Of a stretch of 64,000 bases of DNA, positions 13,020-25,400 are shown in pieces. The notes below the pieces were generated by a model that was not told where the DNA came from, made no database searches, and saw only the letters and a list, made by a program, of their open reading frames with translations. Each line of letters opens with the position of its first letter. Positions within the stretch are counted from its first letter, which is position 1. The translations under genes and the position numbers were made by a program. The DNA is from Raillietiella orientalis (taxonomy: Eukaryota), in the NCBI GenBank assembly GCA_036172245.1, contig JAYWIR010000005.1:3472001-3536000 (forward strand), written 5' to 3'.

Positions 13020-14330
13020 TGTGGCGCACTCGTGCTCGCAGCGCCGCCTCATTTTCCATCTTTTGGTGCCGCACCGGAAGTCTCATTCCTTTTTGTTTGC
13101 CTGGGAAGCCACAGGATGGGCCCGCGGAGTAGAAGTGGTTTTGGCCTTATTGCGATCCCCTTCTTGCACTTCCGCTGTGCCCTCTGTTTTTCGGACTCCG
13201 CTGAGCCCATCCGCGGCATCTTGTTTCCGCGTACGGTGGTGGGCGCAGTTGCGGCACGTGCCCAGCCCCCACGCCCATTGTTTTGCGGCTGCCCTGCCGC
13301 GAGATCGTCCGCGCTGGACTTTGCGAGCGTGGGTGCCCGCGGTTTGCACGCGTTCCGTTCCGCTTTTTTGCGGTACTCCTGCCGCGTGCCTTTCTTTTCT
13401 TTTTTTTGTGCCGCGACCTCTTTCGCGCGGCAAAGTCTCCTTGCCTCCTTTTTTTTTTTTTCATTGCAAGTTCTGCTCACTTTTTGAGATGTTGTCCGGC
13501 CTCCTTGCAGTAGCGGCATTTCAGAGAGGGTCATTTCTTCGGTCGATGCCCCTCCTTGCCGCACTGCCCGCACACGCAAGGCTTTACTGCGAGCTACAGG
13601 TAAATGACCGTGCCGTGCACCTGCAGCTCCGCAGGCAGTGATCGACGGTTCTGCGCCGTATTCCGTGAAGTGGCGAGTCCAATGTGGACAGAGGGAAAAT
13701 CCTTTAAAGGATTCGACCTTCTCCACACTGCATAAACCGTGGCGAATTTCGCCAACGCGTTGACGACCTCGCGGTCGCCAATCTCTGGCTCGATGTCGAA
13801 GAGCTGGACAATGAGAGAGCCATCCCTCCTTCCCGCCGATGGACAGAGGGGTACGGAGCACGTGCTGCACAAGTGCTGCGTACCTTCACGTATTCCATGC
13901 CACCAGCGGGCACGATGGCGAAAAGGTCATCCTCCTGCACGCCTACCCGGACTAGCGCAACGTTCAGCTTTCGTCCCGTTGTCCCAGTGAGTGTCCCATT
14001 CACCTTATGGGAAAGTGCAGGCCTGTAGCCTTGAGCGACAATAGCCTGTAACCTTGCATCGCTGGGATCTGATCCTGGGGACGACGCGGCGGCAGCAACG
14101 TCAGCGTATGACATCACCGCTGGCGAGGCAACTTATCCTGGGGCCGACTGGCAGTCAGTTGCTGCACATATGCAGCGGATGCGACAGCTTCGAATCCCAT
14201 TTAATCCTATCCATGGTTCGAGCAGGGAACTGCATGGATACCACACGCGGGAACTTCCAAGCGCCAGGATGGAAAAAAGGATGCTTAAAATTGCAGGCGC
14301 GGAGCGACCGAAAAACACGTCCGCTCTGGA
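13020..14330 (-). mobile_element. Element L: 5' end and frameshifted ORF1 of an A-type Tx1/L1-like LINE (3' part absent)
   Basis: SYADVAAA...AQGYRPALSHKV and VQLFDIEPEIGDREV..FATV are homologous to ORF1 of A. 5' motif GCGGACGTGT at 14315-14324. Confidence 0.85.
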
Positions 14331-14342
14331 GGCTGCCGAGAT

Positions 14343-15920
14343 TTCTCACCTCTTCACGCCGGGACGTTTCTCAAAATCAACCAGTCGGGAATTTGGTTTT
14401 CAACCCAGACCAAACAAACAAAAGGGGAAGTCCACCGGCACACAGGCCGGGATAACGGGAGTTCGGAACAGGGAGGGGGATCTGGGACAACAAAAAGAAA
14501 GTTAAATGCGGTGGGTTTGAGCAGGGGTCTTTGGGTTCGCTCCGGAAGGCACTGGGATGAGGACCAAAACACTGGAGAAGCTGCGGTGCGGACGGAGATG
14601 GAAAAAGAAACAAAATAAATAAATAAACAAACACATAAACAAAATAAAATAAATAAGGGTGGGAGAGATCAAGGTTCACCGGGGTCCGCCGTTCTTTACT
14701 GTCCATCAACCGGCTGTGGATGACAACTATCTCCTGCTTTTCTCTTCCGGGTGTGGCCACCTTGCAGCCGTCCTCATGTAGGCAGCAGCCAAGCGGTGGA
14801 CCTCCCTTCGCAGCGATGCCATCTCCATTCCGTGGTCGGCAGTAAGAATGACGCGAATGCAACGGACTGTTGCGACTACTGCGCCGCATGAAAGCCCCTT
14901 GCTCATGACGATACGGCGCAGCAGGTCCTTCGCAGTTTCTCCGTGGAGCGGGACAGCCATAGTGAGCCTCCGTTTCACTTTGCGAAGGACACCTCAGTCG
15001 AGTCAAAGGTGCGGGAACGATATGAAGGCCCCGCATCTCGACTAGTTTGGGGAGACAGCTCCCCCGGAAACGAGGCTTCGGCGCTGACTACACTAGAATC
15101 TCCAGTGCAAAAATAGCAGCACGTACTGTTTCTATCCTATAAGGAACACCGAGCTGTCTAAACAAGCGGGAGGGACTACTCGTTCCTCGAGGAGGCACAT
15201 TGAAAAGCTCGCTCTACCGGAGAAGTCCCTTAGCTCGATTAGGAAGAGTGGCGGCGTGCACAAGCTCCTTTGTCTTTTAGGCACCAAGGAGCTCGGTCCC
15301 TCCTGCGATGGTGGAGAAGAACTCCCACCCTGCCGGTAGGCAACTGTCCTTGCTTGCCCTAAGGGCAGAAAGCGGTGCGGCAAGGGTGATGGCGGTTAGG
15401 GGATTCCCCTTATGATCCTGCATGAACTATTCCAGAGAAGGACTCAGAAGAAGTCGCAGGCCTCGAAGATCTTCCGGACATATTCCTACATTAGCAGATC
15501 ATGACGCAACAGACTCCTGCTGCCATGCATAGGGCTGCAGGAGATCCTACGTTGGGCTTTCATCAGCGGGGCAACTTGCCTTAGCTGAAAACCAAATTCT
15601 TTTCTGATGTGCCGAAAATGCGCCGGGAACGTAAGCAGTCCTTCGCTGCCGATGCAGCGCCGAAGAAGAAGGCACGCAGGAAGACACCAGGGCGTCCATC
15701 AAAGTTTGCGCATAACGCCAGCATACGAAACTGCACCTGCAGTCCGATGTTCTCAATGGCCAGGATGCCCGAGCCACCATTCTGGAGCAGTGCCACCAAG
15801 TCTTTTAACCGAATACGGGCCTTGCAGTGCTCCACAGAGATTTGCGTAGAAGGCGCTGCGCTCAGACCATGAAAGGATGAGGAGGCGGGCAAATAAAAAA
15901 GACGGGGCGGAGGAGGGGAC
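14343..15920 (-). mobile_element. Element M: degraded 3' part (ORF2 C-terminus + 3' UTR) of an A-type LINE
   Basis: VPPACLDSSVF, GLSCGAVVATVRCIR and IGLQVQFRMLALCA match A ORF2. T-rich UTR and degenerate terminal hairpin at ~14343-14370. Confidence 0.8.
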
Positions 15921-15929
15921 TCTCGAGAT

Positions 15930-17277
15930 TTGCACCCCGGTAATGCTGGTATGTTTATTGAAAACCAGTTAGGAACACCGTTCCTAACCGAGATACAGCA
16001 AAAAAGAAGGAAAATGCCCCCGATGAGATAGTGGTCCCCCCCGTTTGCCTGGACAGCGAGATGTGCTGCTATCTTTACACTGGGGTTTCCACTATATCCG
16101 GAAAGGAGGACGGGAGCTGTCGAGCTCGAACAACGCGACGACGGGCTGCTGTTTATCACCCGGGTGCGCCGGGGCGTTAATTGCAAAACTATCCGGGAAC
16201 AGAGTTCCCGGACAAACGATACAGAAGAGACGAAGAGGGTGGAATCCTTGACACGCAGGTCGGTATACCGAAAGTCCAGAACGGGAAAGAGGGGACCACA
16301 AATACACTACTATAAAAAAAATAAAAATATGGAGGGCAGGGGTCAGGGGTCTTTGGTACGGCCGCTCCTTCCTTTCAGAGCCGGCGATGCATGCCGGCGA
16401 TCTCTCTCCTCACGTCCTCTAATAGATGGACCCACTCGGCAGCAGACGACATGCTCGCGCTGGCTAATCCGGTGGGCTGACGAAGGATGGCCAGCTTCTC
16501 CAACTCTCGGTGGGCCTTATCGATGGCGCGGGTGCAACACACGGTTGCAGCGACAGCACCCAAAGACAGGCCGCCTGGCGTGAAGAAGCGGCGCATCAAG
16601 TCCCTCGCGGTGTCCCCCTGGTGCAGGAGAGGTAAGGTCAGCCTCCGCCCAAGTCCTAGGAGGGCACCGCAGTCCAGGAGCAGGTGCGGGAGCGTTTCCA
16701 CTTCCCCGCACCACCTACAGTTTGGGGAGACAACTCCCCCGGTAACACGGTTCGTGCGCTGGTTGGAGTGAAAACCCCAATGCACCAGCATGATGACGTC
16801 CTGTTTCCAGTTCAGAGGGAACACAGAAGTGTTCAAACAGGAGGAAGGAACCACAAGTTCTTCGGGGGGCACACTCAAGTGTTCACTCCACCGAAGGAGT
16901 CCCTTCGAGATGTGGCGAGGAGTGGCGGCGTCTGCCAGCTCGCAAGTCCTCCAGCCGCCAATAGGTCGTGTTGTTCTGGTGCAGGCGATTTCCCATCTCG
17001 CCGGTTGGCAGCTATCATCTCGCCCTGAGGGCTTACAGCGCGTCGGCGAGGGGCGTGACGGCCAGGCGAGTCCACTTCTCCTGGCTGTTGCAGACCTCAT
17101 CCACCGTGCAGTACGAGGAGAGGTGAGCGCAATGGAGTTCCAGAAGCGAAACATCCTGTTGCTTTGCCGAGCCATGCAACGGTTCCTGCCAACAGGCTTC
17201 AAAGTTATTTTGGGCGGCAGGAGATCCATTCCTGGGCTGCCAGGAGCCGGTAGAGCGGTTTCAACGGGAAACCGAAG
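15930..17277 (-). mobile_element. Element O: 3' part of an A-type LINE
   Basis: ORF 16375-17346 contains ELADAATP..GLLRW..HWGFH..CRWCGEVETLPHLLLDC. AATAAA and terminal hairpin at 15930-15958. Confidence 0.85.
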
Positions 17278-18200
17278 CTTTGCGCCAGGGCGTTTATTTA
17301 AAACTCTTCTATACGTTTGTGGAACGAGACTTACCACCGCGAACACAACATTGGATCTGCCGGGTCGCCGGTACGTAGACCGCCTTGACTCTTCTCGGCA
17401 GCGGATGGGGATAAATAAAAAAAATAAGAAAAATAAGAAAAAATTAAAAAAATGAATATTTTGGAAGGCAGGTTACGGATCACTGTGCTCTGATAGGAGG
17501 GTCCATCCTTCCCAGGATGCCGTCGCGGTCCATCTGCATTCTACTCAGGTGGGACCATCGGATTGCAATTCGCAGGAAACGGACTGCAAACTTGATGGCG
17601 CCCCTTGCGTTGCTTCCTAAGTTGGCATCGCTCCATGCAGCCACAATCCCTCGGATGCAGCAAAGTGCTGCCAGAGCTGCGGCTGGTCGCATGAAGAGAA
17701 GCCGAAAAAAGTTTCTGGAGGGATTGCCAATCGGCATCCAGAGGGTCGTCGAAAGAATTTCTCAAAGGTGTCGGAAGGCAACGCAGTCCACATCCAGGTG
17801 CGGAAGGAATTCCCGTTTCCCGCATCTGGAACAGTTGGGGTTCACCTTCCCCAGCGTCCAGTGGCGGCGGCGCGCGCTGTAGGAGAGACCGTGGTGCAAC
17901 AGTAGGAGTTTCCCGACTCTTGTCACCTCAGGAAAAAGATGCTTGTTTTATTTAATACCAAGAGGTACTTCAGTTCATCCGTCGGGATGCCAAGCAGCTC
18001 TCCCCATCTCTGTGGTCCACGTGGAAGGACGCTCGAGGCTGTGGCGTCCGCCAGCTGTCCTATGGTTTCACCATTCATCGACTTCTCTCTGCATGCGATC
18101 TCGCAGGAGACGTGGGCATCCGGCTGCTATTTACCGCCCTTCTTAGAAAGGGCATCGACTTGACAAGGGGGATCGTCTCCGCCCACGTGCTTCCGCCGGC
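17278..18200 (-). mobile_element. Element N: 3' part of a C/S-type LINE inserted into O
   Basis: RSTWAETIPL...AAALAALCCIRGIVAAWSD...GILGRMDPP. 3' UTR with ctgccg..cggcag stem, and AATAAA at ~17293-17298. Confidence 0.8.
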
Positions 18201-18859
18201 TCTACTGTTGCAGTATTGGGGACTCCCCTGCAACGCCCGCCGACACCACTGGACCTGGGGAGCGGTCGACCCCAACTGCGTTAGGTGTTGGGAACGGGAG
18301 TCCCTCCCCCACCTCCTCGTTGATTGCGTAGGCCTTCGGCCCCTTTGGTTCCGCTTTGCCGCGGACATCGGTATCCCCTGCAGCAACCCCAGGGACGCTC
18401 TAAAAGCCCTCTTCGTTGCCGACGCCCTTCGGCCAGCGGCCTTGATAGCAGCCTTGTGCTGCCTCCGCGTAATCTTCGCCGGATGGAGCAAGGCTTCGGG
18501 AAGACCACGCGCCAAGGGTGCCATCCAGGGCGCCGCCCACTTCCTGAGGAGGACGTCGCGATGGTCCCACCTGGATCCGCGAATACAAGAAGAGCTTTCG
18601 GCATCCTGTGAAGGATGCAGCGGTCCCAGCAGCAACAATGATCCCTTTCCGTACCCTCCCACTTTTTCTTTTTTTTTGTTTTGTTTTTTTTTGTTTTTCC
18701 CCCTTCCCCCTGCTGCCGTGGTGGACCGTTCCGGTCTGCGAACCGGTGACCCGGCAGGCTCTGTGTTTCTTCGTGCGTGGCTGGAGCATTGTTCCAGCCA
18801 CAGCATGTCTTTGTTAAAGTTTGTTTTTCAATAAACGCCCAGACGAAACCCGGGTGAAA
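18201..18859 (+). mobile_element. Element Q: 5'-truncated 3' end of a G-type LINE
   Basis: QYWGLPCNARRHHWTWGAVDPNCVRC..LPHLLVDC is nearly the same as G. The 3' UTR matches G and ends AATAAACG...cccgggtgaaa. Confidence 0.88.
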
Positions 18860-20190
18860 ATCGAATGCCTTGTGCAAGTCGACTGCGACCGCGGTGCACG
18901 GCGTGCGGGTGCGACGCGGGACACGACAAAGCGACATACTGAGTTTCCTGCTCTTTAGCACCTATTTCGAATTGATGCTGGAGCGTACAGGGACACTGGC
19001 TTCCCAGTCGCGCGTATGTCTTGGCACGCTTGCCGTAAGCATACGTGGACGATATTCTCCTGCTCCTCCACCCATATCTATCCCGGCATGAGCATTCAAA
19101 GGCTTTTTGGAATTGCTCATTCGCGTGACGGGCCTGCTGGCTAACAGGCTGAATTCGTCCGCAATTCCATTTTGTGCGGCGTGGACAGGGCGATCGGACT
19201 CTGTTTTTCGTTTGGACGCCTACGGACCGATGCCTAATATACCTGGGCGTTATGTTGGGTAAGTTCTCCTCCGATCGTCTCCAGAAAGCAATGCATGTGC
19301 TAGGCTCGTTCTAAAGGCATGGATTCTGGTTTGCGGTTTGGAACACTTTCGTGGCATTCCTTGGTCCCCTTGTCTTTTTGCTTGTCCCCAGGCATATAGC
19401 ATCAGAAAGCAGAAAAAGTATTTTCTGGATGTCTCTCTAGGGAAAAGGGAAATCCTCAATGCACCTGGAGGACTTAGGCCCTGGGACGGCGGCTCAGTCG
19501 GTCCAACGCTGGGGCAAATGGCTGCGATTTCGAACACTTGCCCTCGTGACAAACTTCCGAAGCACTGCCTGGTACTGTTACTCCAGTTTTGAAGACTTGC
19601 TTTCGTGGCAAATCTCTGGAGAACCATCGGATGCCAAAGTGCTCGTCTTCTCGTTCAGCAATTTACTGGCAGCGTTGGACTCTCATCCTTCCTTGCGGGC
19701 ATTCCACGCATTTTCCTCCACTGAGGACTGACCTGAGACAGGTGGCCACGCTGGAGAGGGAAAAACGATGGATCTCTTGTCGTTTTGCGAGCGGAAATGC
19801 GGGGAAGTGCCAAGTTGCAGGAAACCGTTTGCACATGGGTGGGAATCTATGAGCCAAGCGCGGAGCAGTTGGGAAGTTTCCTGTACACGCGTAACTACAA
19901 CTAAACGCTCCGAGGGATCCCGGAAGTTCCCGCGAAGAGTGAATGGGCAAGCAGAACCCCTTCTCGCCTCCGTGATGCCCTCCTTTAGAGAGCACAGAAA
20001 CAGCAGTCTCACGGCTAGATGGGAAACTTCTGTGGAGATCTCCGGAAGGAGAAAATGACTGGGCGAGTAGAAAATGGGCCAGCTCCGAAACTCTGTGTCC
20101 TCGATTGCTCGACCTCGTAAACTTTTGCGTTGCAGGGTGCTACTGGGTATTGCGGAAGATCTGCCAGTGTCCCAGTGCTCAAACGACGCC
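18860..20190 (+). mobile_element. Element R: old, highly degraded RT/ORF2 fragment with a short inverted piece (18860-18893, antisense AVAVDLHKAFD)
   Basis: VHGVRVRRGTRQSDILSFLLFSTYFEL from 18894, followed by decayed homology to ORF2. The right boundary is approximate. Confidence 0.6.
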
Positions 20191-20199
20191 GAGACACCC

Positions 20200-21989
20200 T
20201 CACCCTCCCTTTGAAATGGCCGAAGTCGGTAGGAGAATTCTTCGATCTGCTCAGCCGCGGGACCGAACTGCAGGTTAACAGGGCGAATTCGTTGGTGGTG
20301 CCAGTAGGTGCGGCTTGGGCAGGGCAGCAGGAATGGGTCCGTCTGGGGATTTCCACGGCGAGGTGCCTCAAGTACCTTGGTGTGCCATTGGGGGACTACT
20401 CCCCTGTGGAAGCGTGGTCCAGCTGCCTTCAAAAAGTTGAGACGGCGATCAGCCCGTTCCTGGAAGGCAAGTTCCACTTGCCGGAACGGGCCGCGGTTTG
20501 CAACGCTTTTGCGGCCCCCATCCTCTGCCCCTTGCTTTTTCTTTGCCCCGCCCCCAGAGAATGTAAAAAGAGGACAAAGGACCTCCTCCGCATAGCTCTT
20601 TGGGGCAAGGGGAGGCCCCGAGTCCATTTGAAGGACTTGTGAGCTCCGCGTCGGGACGGCGGTCTTGGCCTCTTGACGCTGGAGCGCGTGGAAATCCAGC
20701 TGCGGTGGCGAACCCTCACCATCGCAGCGAAGATGTGGAGCACCCCTTGGTGCATTCCTGCCCGCCTCCTTGCCAGGCGTGTGTCCCGCTGCGAAGGACT
20801 GGCGTCGTTTCTTCTGTGCCCTGGCCGGAAGATTCGTAGATGCGGCCTAATGCTCGGGCGCATGGCAACCCTGGCGAAGGAGAACGGCTGGATGGTTTGT
20901 GGCCCCGTTAACTCCTCCGCCTGGCTGGAGGAGACTGCTGGCACCTGGGCCAAGCAAAACCAGAGGCGTGAAGATCCAATGAACTGCATGCGAATCGGCC
21001 CATACGCCAACCGCACCCTGCGGGAAATACTCGAATTTCTCCTTAGACGCAGGTGGGCGGAGACGACTCCCCTTGCCACGGCGATGCCCTGCCTCCGAAG
21101 GGCGCTTCACGACCGCCAGAAGTCGAGGTGGCAAGTCTCCTGCCGGATTGCAGGCAGGGAGAAGATGTTAAGCGGCTGGACCACAGGAGAACTGGCGGAC
21201 GCCACGACCCCGAGCGTCCAGCCGCGAGGATTGACGAGATGGGGCAAGCTGCTCGCCATCCCTACGGATATGCTGAAGTGGCCCCCGGTACTTAAGGAAT
21301 CCAGAATACTGCCCCTTAAGTGGCAAGAGACGGCGTTGCTACTGTTGCACTGGGGTCTACCCTGCAACGCGCGCCGCTTCCACTGGACGAGGGGAGCTGT
21401 GGATCCTGCGTGTGCCAAATGCGGGGAGCATGAGTCGCTCCCCTACCTTATTGTGGATTGTGCTGCCCTCCGACCCCTTTGGGAACGGTTCGGGACGACC
21501 CTAGGGCTCCCTACGGGCAGCATCCCCAGAGACGCTCTTCGGCCCCTCTTCGTGAAGGAAGCCCTGCAGCCAGCCGCAGCCATCGCAGCTTTGTGCTGCG
21601 TCCGAGGCATCGTGGCGGCATGGAGCGACTTCAACAACGAAGGAGTGTGTCCACACGCGAGGGATGTCATCCCATACGCCCAACGCTTCTTGAGGAGAGC
21701 TGCCGGATGGTTCCAACTGGGGAATATGCGGATGGACCTCGAGGGCTTCCTTCGACGGATGGGCCCTCTTCACAGCGAATAGTGATCCCTTCCCTGCTCT
21801 CCAACTTCTTTTTGTTTGTTTATTTTTTATTTTTCTTTTTGTTTTATCCCCATCCCCTTCACTGCTGAGGAACGCTACGCCGGGCTGCGTCTCGGCGTCC
21901 CGGCAGGTCCCGTGCGTATGGCCGTGTGCGGGACCATGTAGCGCGTATGCAGAGTTTTTTAAATAAATCCCCCGGGCGTACCCGGGTCT
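20200..21989 (+). mobile_element. Element S: 3' part of a C/S-type LINE
   Basis: ORFs 20130-20642 (KYLGVPLG) and 20673-21782 (CAKCGEHESLPYLIVDC). Ends AATAAA-cccgggcgtacccggg at 21962-21986. Confidence 0.9.
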
Positions 21990-22457
21990 AAACCCTTTAG
22001 GCTGGCAAGAAGGCCGTCAGGCGTCCGGCTTCCCCTTAGGAGTCGGCCACTTCCGACCCCGAGGTGGAGGCCGGAAGCACAGCTTACATCTCCACCGCAC
22101 CCCGCAAAAAGGCTGGACGAAAGTCCACAAAGCCCCGGAAGATCGTCTCCCCCGACGAAGGGGAAGAGATGGCTTCCGGAAGCGAGGGTGCGATGAGCAA
22201 GAAAAACTCACGGGACTCGTCGCCCGAGAGAATCCCACGCTCCGGCACGGAAAAGATGGAGGCCGAACAGGTGCTTTAGGTGCCTGAAGAGGCCTCCGTC
22301 CCCATGGACATCCCCAACACCTGCCCCGCGGCAGGTGCTGGAACGTCAACAGGCTAAGCGACGACGACAAGAGGCTGGACGTGGCAGCCTCTCTGGCATC
22401 CTTCGACCTGGAGCTGCTGCAGAAGATCCACGTGATCTCCTCAGATCAAACCCAGAT
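21990..22457 (+). mobile_element. Element T (left part): ORF1 end and endonuclease start of a B/H-like LINE, host of S and A'
   Basis: Homologous to B 33480-34025. Reads CWNVNRLSDDDKRLDVAASLASFDLELLQKIHVISSDQ. Confidence 0.85.
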
Positions 22458-25400
22458 TTCTCATCCGGTCACGCCGGGGCGTTTATTTCATATAAATTCA
22501 ACAGAAACAATTATATAAAATAAACCAGTTGGGGACCATGCCCCTAACCGACGACGGCACAAGTATCAAGAGTACATTACTAGCACGCAGGCCAGAATAA
22601 CATAACGGTTTGTGGGAACTGGGAAAACAAACAAACAAATACAAAATAAAAAGAAATCAACGGGGACAAGGGTCTTTGGGATCGCTCTGGTTCTTTCCGG
22701 TATAATAGTAATGGCACCGGTATTTTAGCAGAGTGAGCGGGGAAGGGGTATGGGTGGGCTTCAGGACGTAGTGGTCACCGGATTAAGCCGTTCCTAAAAG
22801 TGTGTAAACCGGCGGTGGATGCCGGCGATGTCCTCTTTGACCTCGTCACGAAGATGAGACCACCTAGCAGCGTTTTTCATGGATTCTGCTGCAAACCGGT
22901 GAGCCTCCCTTCGCTGCGCTGACAACTCCAGGGCGTAGAGGGCCTCCACGATGGCGCGAATGCAACACATGGTTGCGACAATCGCGCCTACCGAAAATCC
23001 ATTGCTCCTGAAGAAGCGCCGCAGCACATCAATGGCAGTGCCTCCCTGCGGCAGGATGGCTGAAATCAGCCTTCGCCACAGTTCACGGAGGTCACCGCAG
23101 TCTATCAAGAGGTGCGGAAAAGACTCGATCTCACCGCACCTCAAACAGTTTGGCGGAGCAGCTCCTCCGGAAACGATGCTTCGCTGCCGATTACAGTGGA
23201 AGCCCCAGTGTAAAAAGAGCAGCACATCTTGTTTCCACTTCAAGGGGAACACGGAGCTGTCCAAACAAACGGGGGGGACCACTATCACTTCGGGGGGTAC
23301 AATTAAATGTTCACTCCACCGAAGCAGGCCATTCGCCCGATTACGAGGAGTGGCAGCTTAGACCAGCTCCTTTGTCGTCCAGCAGCCGAGGAGCTTACTG
23401 ACTCCCGCTATTGAGCAGAACTCCCATTTCGCCGGTAGGCAACTGTCGTTGCTTGCCCTGAGGGCAGACAGCGCTGCGGCGAGCGGTGTGGCGGCCAGAC
23501 GATCCGACATCTTCTTGTCCTGCATGACTTCGCCCATTGGATGACTGAGGAGAAGTCGCAGGCGCCGAAGATCTTCCGGGCGCGTTCCTTCGGAAGCTGC
23601 CCACGATGAAAAAGATTCCTGCCGCCATGCATTAATGTTCATGGGGCGGCAGGAGATCCAGCATTGGGCTTCCAGCAGAGAGGACAGCTGCCTCAGCGGG
23701 AAGCCAAACCCTATTATGGTGTGCCGAAAGTGGGGCAGCAACGAAAGCAGTCCCTCGCTTCTTGTGCAGCGCCTCAGTATAAGTCGTGCGGGTAAGCACC
23801 ACGGCGTACACCACAGCTTGGCACACAGCCGCAGCATTCAAAACTGCACCTGCAGCTCGATGCTTTTTAAGTCTAGGGTGCCCAAGCCCGCATCCTGACG
23901 TGGCGCCACCAAGTCTTTAAGTCTTACGCGGGATCTTGCAGCGCCCCACAATGTTTTGCGTAGAAGGTGCTGCGCCCAGACTTTGACTTCCTGGGGGGGT
24001 GGACAAACAAAAAACAGGGGACGGAGGAGGGAAGCAACGAAGGTGTTCCAGATGCTGGCTCGTTCCGGCAAGACGAACTCGCCTCCTGAGAACGGGCCAA
24101 GTGCACGCTCTGCCTTCCGAAGGCAGTCCGACCACGCTTCTGAGATGCAGAAGTCGCCCAACGGCACGCCAAGGTACCTTAGGTACCTGCCCGTGGGGAT
24201 CCCCAGGCGGATCCAGTCGGACTGCCCCTCCAAAGTTGCTCCAACCGGAACAACCAGGCTCTTGCTCCTGTTGACGCTCACGCCCGCACCGCGACGGATC
24301 AACTCAAAGAAATCTTCAAGCGACGCCGCCGGGGTGGACAAGGGCAACAGAAGAAGCAGGTCGTCGGCATAGGCTGCCACGGCCGGCGTACCTGAAGAGG
24401 AGCTCGGCAGGTTCGCTAGCGTCAGCCTGTAAGCCTCCAGAACCATTTCAAAATAGATGCTAAAGAGCAGCGGGCTCAAGCTATCGCCCTGCCTAATTCC
24501 TCGCCTAACAGGCACGCCGTACACGTGACAGCCACTGAAAACAATGGATGTAATCGCGTGGCGCCAGCAGGAGCGCAAGTATGCCAACAGGGATGCCGGG
24601 AGGCCCAGACGTTCCAAGAGCTCAAGAAGAAGGTTTTGGTTCACGCAATCGGAAGCTTTGTGCAAATCGACTGCAACCGCCAAGGCTCCCGGTGTTTCCC
24701 TTTGCGACCCGCGCCTCCGTAGGTGAGAGATCGAAGGCGTCGCTTCCGAACGACGATCCATCGCCACGCGATGCTGCAATTGCAGTCATGTGCGGATGAA
24801 TAAGAGGTTCGCGTCCATGGACCGCCCGGGAACAGCGTAGGTCTGCTCCAGACCTACCAAAGACTCCGCGATCCTCCCCATCCGCGCCACCCAAAGTTTC
24901 GAAAATAACTTGACGTCCGAATTCACTACGGTGATCGGACGCCAATTGTTCAGTTGGCGCAAATCTCCGCCTTTCGGCAGGAGACGCACCTTCGCTGAGT
25001 GAAACGAGGCGGAAACATCGCCCGCGTCTCGCATCAGCGACGAGAGTTGGAGCACCATTGGGATGAGCTCCGCCGCAAAGCACTGGAAGAATTCTGCGGA
25101 TAGTCTATCCTCGCATGGCTCTTTTCGTCTCTTGAGTCCCGAGATGGCCGAGGAAATTTCCTCTGCCGTGAAGGGCTCATCCAGACGCGCGCGTTCCTCC
25201 TCGTCTACAACACGTGCATCGATCGGCAGAAGCAGCTCGGAGAGACTGCATACCGTTGATGCCTCTGCATACAGAGAAGAGTAATAGCGCCTGACTATCC
25301 GTCGCACGTCGGCTGGAGCCGAGCATTCCCGGTCCTGGTCGTCGAGCAGAACTGTCGCCCCTGACTGCCAGACCTGGCGCTCGGCCTTGGCCTTGTTCTC

